Origin: Plasmodiophora brassicae
Taxonomy: Eukaryota
Reading direction: 5' to 3'
DNA: 64,000 nucleotides
Assembly: GCA_036867785.1 (NCBI GenBank)
Contig: CP145419.1
Coordinates: forward strand, 1,116,001 to 1,180,000
Under the pieces are notes generated by a model that saw only the letters and a list, made by a program, of their open reading frames with translations, was not told where the DNA came from and ran no database searches. The position numbers and the translations under genes were made by a program. This document shows, piece after piece, positions 21,841 to 30,985 of the stretch. Each line of letters begins with the position of its first letter. Position 1 is the stretch's first letter.

Positions 21841-22839
21841 ATGCATTCCTCAACCCGTTTCCGCCAGTGGGCCCCGCTATTGGCCTGTCTGATAATTCAT
21901 ATCACACATTCGACCCCGGCAGGCGAGGCGATCTTGGGACGTCGCCGGACACCCGAAGGCGGCGTTGCCAACGTGGTATCGTACAACGTGCAATCGTTCC
22001 CATCGACCCTCCAGTGGGCGATCTACGTCCCCAACGCCGACCGCATTGAGCACATCGCCACGACCAAAGTCATGCAATCGCCGCAACTCGACGTGGTCGT
22101 CTTGCAGGAGGCGTTTGCGAAGTCGACGGTGAAGCGCCTGGCCAACGACCTGTCTCTCATGGGATTCAGCCACATCGTGAAGCCTGCGCGGCCCCCGTTC
22201 AAGCTTAACGGTGGCGTTATGATCGCGTCACGATCGATGCTGATCCGGGAATCATCGCTGACATTCCAAAAGTGCTGCGGGCTGGACTGTTTCGCAGCAA
22301 AGGGGATCGTCTTCGTCGAGACACGCATCGACGGCAAATCGGTGGGGATCATTGGAACGCACCTCCAGGCGAACGATCCGCTGTGTGCCTCGTTCTCAAG
22401 TACGGCGTATGAAGCCGCTCGAGAGGTACGACGGGATCAGCTTCGGCAGATTCGGCAGTTCGTCGACCGGGAAGAGAACGCCCGCCTGGATGTGATGATC
22501 GTGGCCGGCGACCTGAACGTCAACGGGTATGCAGAGGCGGCCAGCGACCAGGAAACGGAGGAATGGAACGAAATGATGCAGGCGCTGCAAGCGGCCCCGA
22601 TGACGCGCACGAAGCATCGCACAACGCTGGATCACTCGATGGATCCGGCCACGAATTCCTACATGGCGCGCACTGGCGACACGAAGCACGAGCACTTGGA
22701 TTATGTCCTGTCGCTGCGCCTCCCGGGGCGATCGGCTCCGCCCAACGCAACTACGCTTCGTGTGCACAGGGCCAGGCATCCGATCACGAACGCAGACCTG
22801 TCCGATCACCATCCCGTTCACGGTCGCGTCCCGTTGTGA
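21841..22839 (+). CDS. Secreted sphingomyelinase C / EEP-superfamily phosphodiesterase
   Basis: SYNV, DVVVLQEAF, NGGVMIASR, DCFAAKG, GTHLQA, AGDLNVN, LDYV and SDHHPV motifs; N-terminal hydrophobic stretch; intronless. Confidence 0.85.
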   Translation: MHSSTRFRQWAPLLACLIIHITHSTPAGEAILGRRRTPEGGVANVVSYNVQSFPSTLQWAIYVPNADRIEHIATTKVMQSPQLDVVVLQEAFAKSTVKRLANDLSLMGFSHIVKPARPPFKLNGGVMIASRSMLIRESSLTFQKCCGLDCFAAKGIVFVETRIDGKSVGIIGTHLQANDPLCASFSSTAYEAAREVRRDQLRQIRQFVDREENARLDVMIVAGDLNVNGYAEAASDQETEEWNEMMQALQAAPMTRTKHRTTLDHSMDPATNSYMARTGDTKHEHLDYVLSLRLPGRSAPPNATTLRVHRARHPITNADLSDHHPVHGRVPL

Positions 22840-23162
22840 CGCCCTTGAATACACACCCACCGCGGCAGGCTTCGTCGATGGACTTTCTATATGCGTTTCG
22901 AAGCGTGCCGGCGACGCGCCGGCTCTTCACGAAGCGCCTAGGTAACGTCTCGAAACACCTGGGGGTTTCAGGAATGGATTCCTGCTATAACACACTGAGA
23001 GCCTTCGCGCAACCTTCGAGTCGGCCTCTGACGGTGTCCGATCGCTGTCACGGCGTGTCTTTGTACGAATCGCTACCAACTTCAGTGGGTGCCAGTAGTT
23101 ATACGTTTGATACAGGTACTCTTGTACGTGGTATTATACGAAGGGTGACCATATAGGCTGGT

Positions 23163-24822
23163 TCACTGATCGGGAGACTCCGTTGTACTGTCGCAGTCGG
23201 GCAGAGGTTCGTATGATGCCGACTGGGCACTCATCTGGCGTTTCGGGACGTCGGCTTTCGGCAGCGTTATGGCCATCGAAGCCGACAATGGCGATGGTTG
23301 TCGGCTTCGACAGTCGCGTGCCGTGGTGATATCCTGCTGACACAAAGGGCACACCTGGATTCCAACCGTCGTTCAAAGGTCGGCCGACACCTCGCCCACA
23401 ATCACTGATCATACGTGGTGCTGTTGGAGCCACTCGCCTAGGCAGTCTTTGTGGACTAACGCAGTCATCAATCAGTACCAGCTACCGTAAGGTGTTCTGG
23501 AACCTGAGCATTACAGTGGTGGCCACAGGTGATCTGCCTCAGCTTGTCTGACATGACGTAGTCGCAAAGGCAGATTGCACATCTGCCAGGTTAGTTCAGG
23601 TTGGTTCAGCGGACGAGTGCCCGCGGGAACCTACTTGCAATCCTCTTCGTCCAACGACAGGGACAGGAAATCCTTCAGCGGAATAGCCTCGACTTGCTCT
23701 GGTGTCGCTCCTCGATGCACATGCCGGGCGCCGGTGCCATGTCGAAGCGCCGCTAACTGCTGCAACCTCGCCATCCTGATCGCGCGGCGCCGATGCTGAC
23801 GACGAAGGATCCCTGAGTAAATTCGACCCGGACACCACCTCGATTGCCTCACCTGGTAGATCGCCAAGATCATGAAGACGACTCCAGACACAGCCAGGAA
23901 CAACGCCATCGAGATGCCCAAGATGGTCAGCGCGAAGCTGTCGTTCACGGCGGTATACACGGTGACGTCGTACGGGTTCGTATCCTCGTCGGTATCACAT
24001 GACGCGTACACCTCAACGATGTACAGTCCGTCCCGCCAGAACCCACCATCCTCGGTGATCGTGAATTCCTCCACGTAATTCCACCGATGGTTTCTCTGTG
24101 AACGTTCGTAATTGGGCCCGGGCGCGCTCGTGAAGGAACCGCTCTCGATACCGCCTACCATGTACTGGTTGGGGTACACGTAGTTGAACGGCATGCTCTC
24201 GTGGTAGACGAAGACGTCAACGTCGACCCGAGCGTTATCCGGGTCAGGTCGAACCTGGATCAGGGCCGGCAAGCTATCGCGGTGCAATTCCACTCCGTAT
24301 CTCTGACAGATCGAGACGGGTCGGCGAGATCGTGCATCGTTCAGCAACACGTCAACTGACCTTCGAGCGGGTCCTTGCCAGGACACCGCTAACGAGCTGA
24401 TCGGTCTGGATCATATCACCTCGGAACGCGCGAAGCTCAACAACGGACGGAGAGGGTGCCGCCCCGCCCAATACGATATCGATAGGGCAGCCGCTTGAGT
24501 TGTAAGGCACGTTGGCGCAGGCGTTAGCCATCACCGCTGGAGACGCGATGGCGTAGGAGAGGCCCGACGAATGCGACCCGACCACAACCGGGTGCCCAGC
24601 CAGGTTCAACGTCACGTCGACGGACGAGTCGTTGACGGCGACGATCGCGAATTGCGAGTGCGGGTCGATCAGCATCCTATACGCCTTCGCCTCGTGAAGA
24701 GCGACAAGCGCACGCGCGGACCCGTCGTCCACTCCAAAGTGCAACGGTGACGCCCCGGCCGACGTGGCTGACGCCGCCGATAAGATGAGAACGACGACTG
24801 CAGCGATGAGGCCCAGCGCCAT
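23163..24822 (-). CDS. Type I transmembrane RING-H2 E3 ubiquitin ligase, multi-exon
   Basis: Signal peptide MALGLIAAVVVLILSAASA; TM FALTILGISMALFLAVSGVVFMILAIY; spliced RING-H2 CAICLCDY...ITCGHHFHKDCLGEWL...VCPLC; stop at 23163. Confidence 0.85.
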
Positions 24823-24965
24823 CCTCCTGTTAGGTCAAGGGCGTGATGCACGAACACAGAGTGTAGGTGTACAGATCGATCGCCTGTAGGAAATCGTCCC
24901 CGCAATGCCTGCCGTCGAGCGCTAACGAGAGACGTTGGTTCTAAAAGGTGGAGGCCCTCGGTTAA

Positions 24966-25889
24966 TTAATGCTGGAAACGGAATTGGACGTCGATGCCCT
25001 TCGCGTGCCGGATGCCGTCTGCTGTTGACTCGTCGTAGTAGTCGACTGGGCCGACATCGTTGGCGTCTTTGGCGTTCGCGTCGATGCCGACGACGGATGA
25101 CCGCCGAAGCAGCGTAACGGTGGCGGCTCCATGGATCGAGGATCGTCGTGGCGCAGACGAGAACTGTGGCTCTGCACGACACATGTTCAACCTCGAATGA
25201 GCGCGTATAAACAACGCGTCATTACGGCAGACTGGGATCTGTCTGAAATGGGTGATGAGTTCGCCCTTCGATCGTGGCGGGTTGGCGAAACTGTCGCGCG
25301 CCTGATGGAACCAGTCCAGAGACGCATTGTCAGCGTCAGAAGACGGCAACCGCTTCTCTGCAGTCGTCGTCGGGTCTTTGGGCACCGGCTTCGCATCGGT
25401 TCCCTCTTTAACGACGCGCTTTGTCGACGACGCCTTGGCAGCAGTGACCAGGTTTATGAGATCGCGTTCCCGGACGCCACGTGACGTTGTCGGACCAAGG
25501 AACCTCTTGGCGCGCAGCATGACGGCAACGGCGTCGTCATTGGACACGCCGGCTTCCTTCAGTTTGTGGAAGTTCTTTGCCATCCGGTTCTTCGGGCGCG
25601 CGTCGTCAGCACAGACAGCTGTCGCATTAGACGGGCACAGACGTACCATCTTCCTTTCGTATTTGGAGATCAGCAGTTGCTCTTGGACCCTGGGGGATTG
25701 CCGAGGGGAAGGCGACCCCGACCGGGAAGGCCTGGGTGATAAGCGCGGCGACGGAGAACCCGATCGTGACGGGCTGGGCGATATTCGGGGCGACGGCGAC
25801 GCCGATGATCTCGACCTGGACAGTACTGCTGCTGGACGCCCGTTCGACTTCGGTTGACCCAGCGAATAGGGGTCGTCGCCCGTGCTCAT
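24966..25889 (-). CDS. Hypothetical protein with Ser/Pro/Arg-rich repeats (SPSPSRSGSPSPR), probably with small introns
   Basis: Long ORF with ATG at 25889; repeated SGSPSPR; no recognised domain. Confidence 0.55.
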   Translation of the reverse strand: MSTGDDPYSLGQPKSNGRPAAVLSRSRSSASPSPRISPSPSRSGSPSPRLSPRPSRSGSPSPRQSPRVQEQLLISKYERKMVRLCPSNATAVCADDARPKNRMAKNFHKLKEAGVSNDDAVAVMLRAKRFLGPTTSRGVRERDLINLVTAAKASSTKRVVKEGTDAKPVPKDPTTTAEKRLPSSDADNASLDWFHQARDSFANPPRSKGELITHFRQIPVCRNDALFIRAHSRLNMCRAEPQFSSAPRRSSIHGAATVTLLRRSSVVGIDANAKDANDVGPVDYYDESTADGIRHAKGIDVQFRFQH

Positions 25890-26083
25890 AGTGGACAGCG
25901 GCACCGGGCCCTGTTATCGAACAAGGCGCGCTGCAGGGGTGAGGACCGGGTGGTACGCCGAACCGAATCTAAACGACGACGCAGGATCGGAGAATCTCCT
26001 GCGCGACGAAATCGTATAGGAAATGCAAGATGGGCAGAAGGTGGTAGCGATCGTGGCCTCCATGCAGAACGCCGGATATTACT

Positions 26084-27484
26084 TTACAGGGTTGCCAGGG
26101 CGGCGCGCAACGCAGGGCACTTGTCGGCATGGGCGCGGCCGGCGTGTTCCGCGTACTCGCGGCTACAGATGAAGTCGACCATGATCGCCAGGCACTCCTT
26201 CTCGAGGTCGCCGTCGTCGCGCCCCAATAGCTTGCGCGCCTCGTCCACCGTCCACCGGCGCCGTTCGCCGCCCAGCAGGCTGTCCGGGCTGAACTTGAAC
26301 GTGTTCGCGTGCAGGAACGCGACCTTGGCCATGTCCGGGTCGTACTGGACGATCGCCGTCCCTTCGAAGCCGCCGCCCGGCTGGAACCGGCCCAGAAAGT
26401 CGGGCTGCCGGCCCACCTTGTGGTACGAATGGCCGAGCGCGTCGAACGCGGCCGGGAACGTCTCCTTGTCGCCGCCGCCGCACCGATGGCCGCCCGTCCC
26501 CAGGTTGTAGTGCAGCCCCGCCTGCAGGTTCATCTCCAGCGCCAGCATCATCGCCTGCCAGTGCCTGGCCTTGTCGACGAGCATCTGCCCCGTTTCGAAC
26601 GTCCCGCGCCCATCGGACGTATCGGGGTGCAGGTCCAGGATCTCCCAGTAGGCCGCGTTCGTGTTGCAGGCCCAGTAGTCGGGCCAGAACATGGCGCCCG
26701 TTCGCCGGTACGCGACATGGTCGAACAGGTACGTCGGGTCCGCCGCCGGCAGGTTGTCGCTGTCCAGGAACAGGATGTCGCGGAACGCGCTCATCACCAG
26801 CGCCATCGACTTGATCTGGAACCGCTTGTCGGCGTGCACGAACCCGAGGTCGACGCCGGCACCCTGCCCGCCGTCCACGTCGCACATGCAGCGAACGGCG
26901 ACGCGTAGACGGGCGAAGTAGGCGATCAGGGACTGGCCAGGCATCTCGTCGCCCAGGAACCACAGCTCGATCGGCAGGTCGCAGCCCAGCTGCCGAAGCC
27001 GGGTGATGGTGATGACGGCCGTGTGCAGGTGCTGGAGCCGGCCGCCCGACATCACGATGCCCCGGCCGCCGCGCAGCAGCGCATCGGGCGCCGTCCTCGG
27101 GACGTTATCGAGGAACGTGTGCCATTGCCAACGCGCGCGCTCGATCGCTTCGGGCGACATCGCGACGGCGAACACCCACGGGTGCGGGACGCGCGCGAAC
27201 TGACACCCGGGATCGCCGGCCAGGTCGATCGAGAACTCGGGAACGTGCGCCAGGTCGGCCTTGCGGGCGGCATCGGTGATCGTGGACCAGAGCGCGCGAC
27301 CAGCCCGCAGCACGTGGCGTGGCGTCTGCACCGACGACGTCGACGGGTCGACGACGTCGGCCGCGCGGCGTACCAGGCCGATGGCCCGCACCAGGGACAC
27401 CGCCGCGAGCACGCTGACGCCGAGGACGGCCACCCGGTGCATGATGCGCCCGCCCTTCAGCCGCGCCACCTTGTACGTCGCCAT
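26084..27484 (-). CDS. Alpha-mannosyltransferase, GT71 (MNN2/MNN5-like), type II membrane protein
   Basis: GRGIVMSGG, LRQLGCDLPIELW, QIKSMAL, ILFLDSDN (DxD), GAMFWPDYW, ETGQMLVDK, GDKETF; N-terminal TM. Confidence 0.9.
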   Translation of the reverse strand: MATYKVARLKGGRIMHRVAVLGVSVLAAVSLVRAIGLVRRAADVVDPSTSSVQTPRHVLRAGRALWSTITDAARKADLAHVPEFSIDLAGDPGCQFARVPHPWVFAVAMSPEAIERARWQWHTFLDNVPRTAPDALLRGGRGIVMSGGRLQHLHTAVITITRLRQLGCDLPIELWFLGDEMPGQSLIAYFARLRVAVRCMCDVDGGQGAGVDLGFVHADKRFQIKSMALVMSAFRDILFLDSDNLPAADPTYLFDHVAYRRTGAMFWPDYWACNTNAAYWEILDLHPDTSDGRGTFETGQMLVDKARHWQAMMLALEMNLQAGLHYNLGTGGHRCGGGDKETFPAAFDALGHSYHKVGRQPDFLGRFQPGGGFEGTAIVQYDPDMAKVAFLHANTFKFSPDSLLGGERRRWTVDEARKLLGRDDGDLEKECLAIMVDFICSREYAEHAGRAHADKCPALRAALATL

Positions 27485-27811
27485 GGTGGTACGGCGTCGA
27501 ATGGCGGTTTGCGCCGCGGCGCCGTTGCGGGGGCACCCTTCGTGACGCGCTGGGCTATTTCTGGATCCCCGGGCGCAGTCGTCGCACGATTCGCACCGCA
27601 ATTTCCGGGTCAACAACCCCGAGTCGTTTTTTGCAACTCCGTGTGGCCTCACACTGTCTCACATCGAAACTGCAGATCAGAACAGGCCACTGGTGTGCGC
27701 ATTTTCAGGTCGTGCTGCTACAAATTGGCCAAACTTTTGCCTGTTGCCATTCGCAAAGGAATGATTCAGTTGTACTATATCGACATTGTACGGGGATCGT
27801 ATGTGCATGGG

Positions 27812-29084
27812 CTACGGGCCGTCAAACACGCCTGGCCACGGGTCGCCCGGCGCGCGACAGGTGCCCGTCGCCCTGCAATTCGCAAAGCACTGCTCGACGG
27901 ACACGAAGTCGTGCCCGGGGTGGGCCTGCACCAGCCAGTCGAGGATGCCGCGCGCCCCGGGCGTCGCGTAGTGCGCGTCGTGCAGAACGATCACCAGGGA
28001 GGCGTCAGGGCCCAGCCTGCGTTTCTCCTTCGCGATGGCCGCCTGGATCGCGGGCAGCGTCGCTCCCGTCCAGTCCATCGAGTCGACCGTCCACGAGGCG
28101 ATCGTGTACCCGAGGGAATTCACGAACAGGGCCTGCGTGTGCCCCAGTTCGCCGTACGGTGGACGGAACATCGACATGGGCACGTCCAGGTCGCAGAACG
28201 TGTCCAGGTAGTCCTCGACGCTGTCAATCTCGGCGGAAATCGCATTGGTATCCAGCGTCTTGAAATTGGGATGCGACATTGAGTCTGGAGACGGGCGTGA
28301 GAACGGCTGGGACAAGCAACGACAGGGCGATAGGCTTACGACTCTGGATCGAGTGGCCCGCATCGATGACGCGCGCCAGCTGCGAGCAGAACGACACGTC
28401 GCCCCGATAGCATGTGGGGCAGATGAAGAACGTGGCCGGGATGGCGAGTCGCTCGAGGTCGTTCAACAGGTTCGTCAGTTGCGGCTCGACGAATACCGAG
28501 TCGTCAAAGGTGACCGAAATCCAGGGGATCGGCCCGCACCAGTCGAAGACGGACACGTCGCCGACAGTAACGGGGACCGGTGGGTGGGGACCAGCCATCA
28601 ACACCGACGGGCAAATCGACTGTTCGTTGCAGTACGCCGACGAGGACCCGCACCTGGATCCGAAGGAACGATCAGTGCTGCAGAGAAAGACGGCTATAAG
28701 AGCGCCGACGAACCATCCATAGCGGGAGCAGCACTGGCCAGGACGGCAACCGGCGTTACCAACGGCGGTCCCGCAACGGTTATCCGGGCGAGGTGGAGCC
28801 CAGCACGCGGTCGCCACTCGATCAGGAGTACACATCGATTCGTCGTTGCAGTAGTCCGAGCCAGTCCCGCACCTATCGGCGATCGGTGAGGTGGCGCGCA
28901 CGGCCCCGACGAGCACAACGACGTACCAGCCGTGCGGCGAGCAGCAGGACCCAGGCGGGCACCCGGCGCCACTCACCCAAGGGCCGCACCTGTTATCCGG
29001 ACGGGGAGCGCCCTCGCACGCAGCTCCCGCCACCGTCGTCACCAGCAGCAGCAGCAGCAGCATCGCGGCAACAACGATCTTCAT
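27812..29084 (-). CDS. Secreted 2x CBM18 (hevein-like) + CE4 polysaccharide/chitin deacetylase
   Basis: Signal peptide MKIVVAAMLLLLLLVTTVAG; two RCG...CCSxxGW/CG modules, each split by an intron; CE4 motifs TFDD, HSMSH (spliced), RPPYG, DSMDW, LHD. Confidence 0.9.
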
Positions 29085-29482
29085 CGCCCCAAACACACTT
29101 GCGCCTGTCGTCCACCAAACGCACCCACTTGCAGAATGAACTAGCTTTGGACGTTCCAGCACGGCAGGCGGGTGCCCCCCAAAGTGGTGTGTTGCTCCGA
29201 CGGGCGCAACTTCTGCTCGGAGAAATCGAGGTAGGTACCCCCCGAAAGTGCGGGCGCCGCTGTGTAACGAACGCGCCGCGGTTCGCTCGTGGAATCGGGC
29301 CGGTAACGACGGGACGTCTTTTGGGCGACACGGAACCGGTTCAAACTTGGCGGCAAAATGCGACACCACCACCGCTGAGCTGCGCTGCGCTCCTCTCTCT
29401 GTCTGTCTCCCCGGTGGTCGGCGTGGCCCCGTCCGTCATTAGGGCTATTCGTCGGGTTCGCACCACCACGCGGCACCCGGTA

Positions 29483-30892
29483 ATGCGGACGGACAACGGG
29501 TCGCCGTCCGCGATGGCGCGCGCGGTGTCGTTTACGGCGTCGCGTCAGGTGAAGAGGCCGGCGACGTCGGCGCCGCTGGGCAAGGCGGCGTCGCGTCGCA
29601 AGGTCCAGTTCGGCAACCGGAAGGTCGCCGTTGGGTCGCTGCAGCGCCTCGCCGACTCGACGCCGTTGTTCCGCGCCGGCGACTGGGCGGCCCTGCGCGC
29701 CCGCCTGCACGCCGACGGCGTCCTGCTCGTCCGCGGCGTCGTCGACCGGGCCGTCGCCGTCGACGCGCGACGCCTGCTCCTCAAGACCGTCGAGCAGAAG
29801 GGCGCGCTCGCCCCTGGATCAAATTACCAAGACGGTCCGTTGATGTTTGCCCGTTGCGACGGCCTCCTTTACCGCGTTGCTCGATCACCGGGCTCGTTTC
29901 GTCAGTAACGGTCGATGCAGGGATCATCGGGACCGGCAAGGACGGCAAGCTGGTGCCCGGCTATACGGTGGATGCGTTATCGGGCGGCCTGACGGACGAA
30001 CGGGACGACGACCAGGACGGGTGGCTGGCGGTCGGCACGTCGACGACCATGTCGTCCGTGTTCGACGGCGGCTACCTGCGCGGGTTCCTGGCCGGCCTGT
30101 TCGGCGGCCCGGACAACATCGAGACGCTGCCGGAGAACACGTGGTTGCGCCTGAAGGGCAGGGGCGACGTCACCATTGAGCACGCCGACTACTTCTACTT
30201 CAAGCGCTCAACCGGTATAACAGCGGGGGATTCCAGTCGCTTGTGAGCAGCGCGTTGCTGATTCCGCCGTCTGTTAGACATGTTCGAGCGGTACGCGACT
30301 GACGACGAGAAGGTGGCGCACGACGGGTCGTGCGGCGCCTGCGGCCGGACGACCGGGTCGATGGTGCACTGCGGCCTGTGCACACGGGGCTGGCACACGT
30401 CCTGTATGGACGCGTCCGCACGCCCATCCGGGGCGTCGTCCAGCGTGTCGACCTGGCACTGCTCGTCGTGTGCCGATGGGCCCCTGTCCGTGTTCACGGT
30501 ACAACGCCCCTTCGTTCCCCCCCTGTGGCTGCGTTCGCCCCCCTCTGACCCAACGATGGCACTAGTGCTGGTGCGCCCTGGGCGACATCGACCTGCAGGA
30601 CAGCACGCTGGCGTTCGTGCCCGGGACGCACACGCTGACCGGGTACGATCGCGCACGGGCCGGCGAGCAGGTCCCGTCGTCGTTCAAGGGCGGCAGCGCG
30701 CGCTGGCACGTCGCCGACGGGACGCTGCGCCCGGGCGACATCTTCATCTTCAACGTCAAGACCATCCACTGCGCCAGCAAGAACGGCACGACCCGGTTCC
30801 GCGCCAGCCTGGACACGCGCGTCGAGCTGACCCGCCCGGGTCGCCGCGCCTGGCCCCGCCTCGTCGCCCAGGCTGCTCCCCAACTAAAGTGA
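29483..30892 (+). CDS. PhyH-family 2OG-Fe(II) dioxygenase with an inserted PHD finger (introns 29835-29920, 30215-30277, 30499-30565)
   Basis: DGVLLVRGV; WLR..G.G..T..HADYFY (HxD at 30181-30189); FT/CWCALGDI..QDSTLAFVPGTH; PGDIFIF...TIH (30767) and RASLDTR. C4HC3 PHD CGAC...HCGLCTRGWHTSC...WHCSSC in exon 3. All three GT-AG introns preserve frame. Confidence 0.85.
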
Positions 30893-30985
30893 CGTCACGC
30901 CGTCGACTGGACCACGGTTGACTCACGGGAGCGATTCCAACGTGCTTGTGTGCCCCGAGTCGCCCCCGCCCGCCAGATCAATTTT

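Noticed and set aside
28490-28520. Inactive CE4 because of TFDDSV
   Set aside because: Both Asp, both metal His, RPPYG, DxxDW and LHD are intact.
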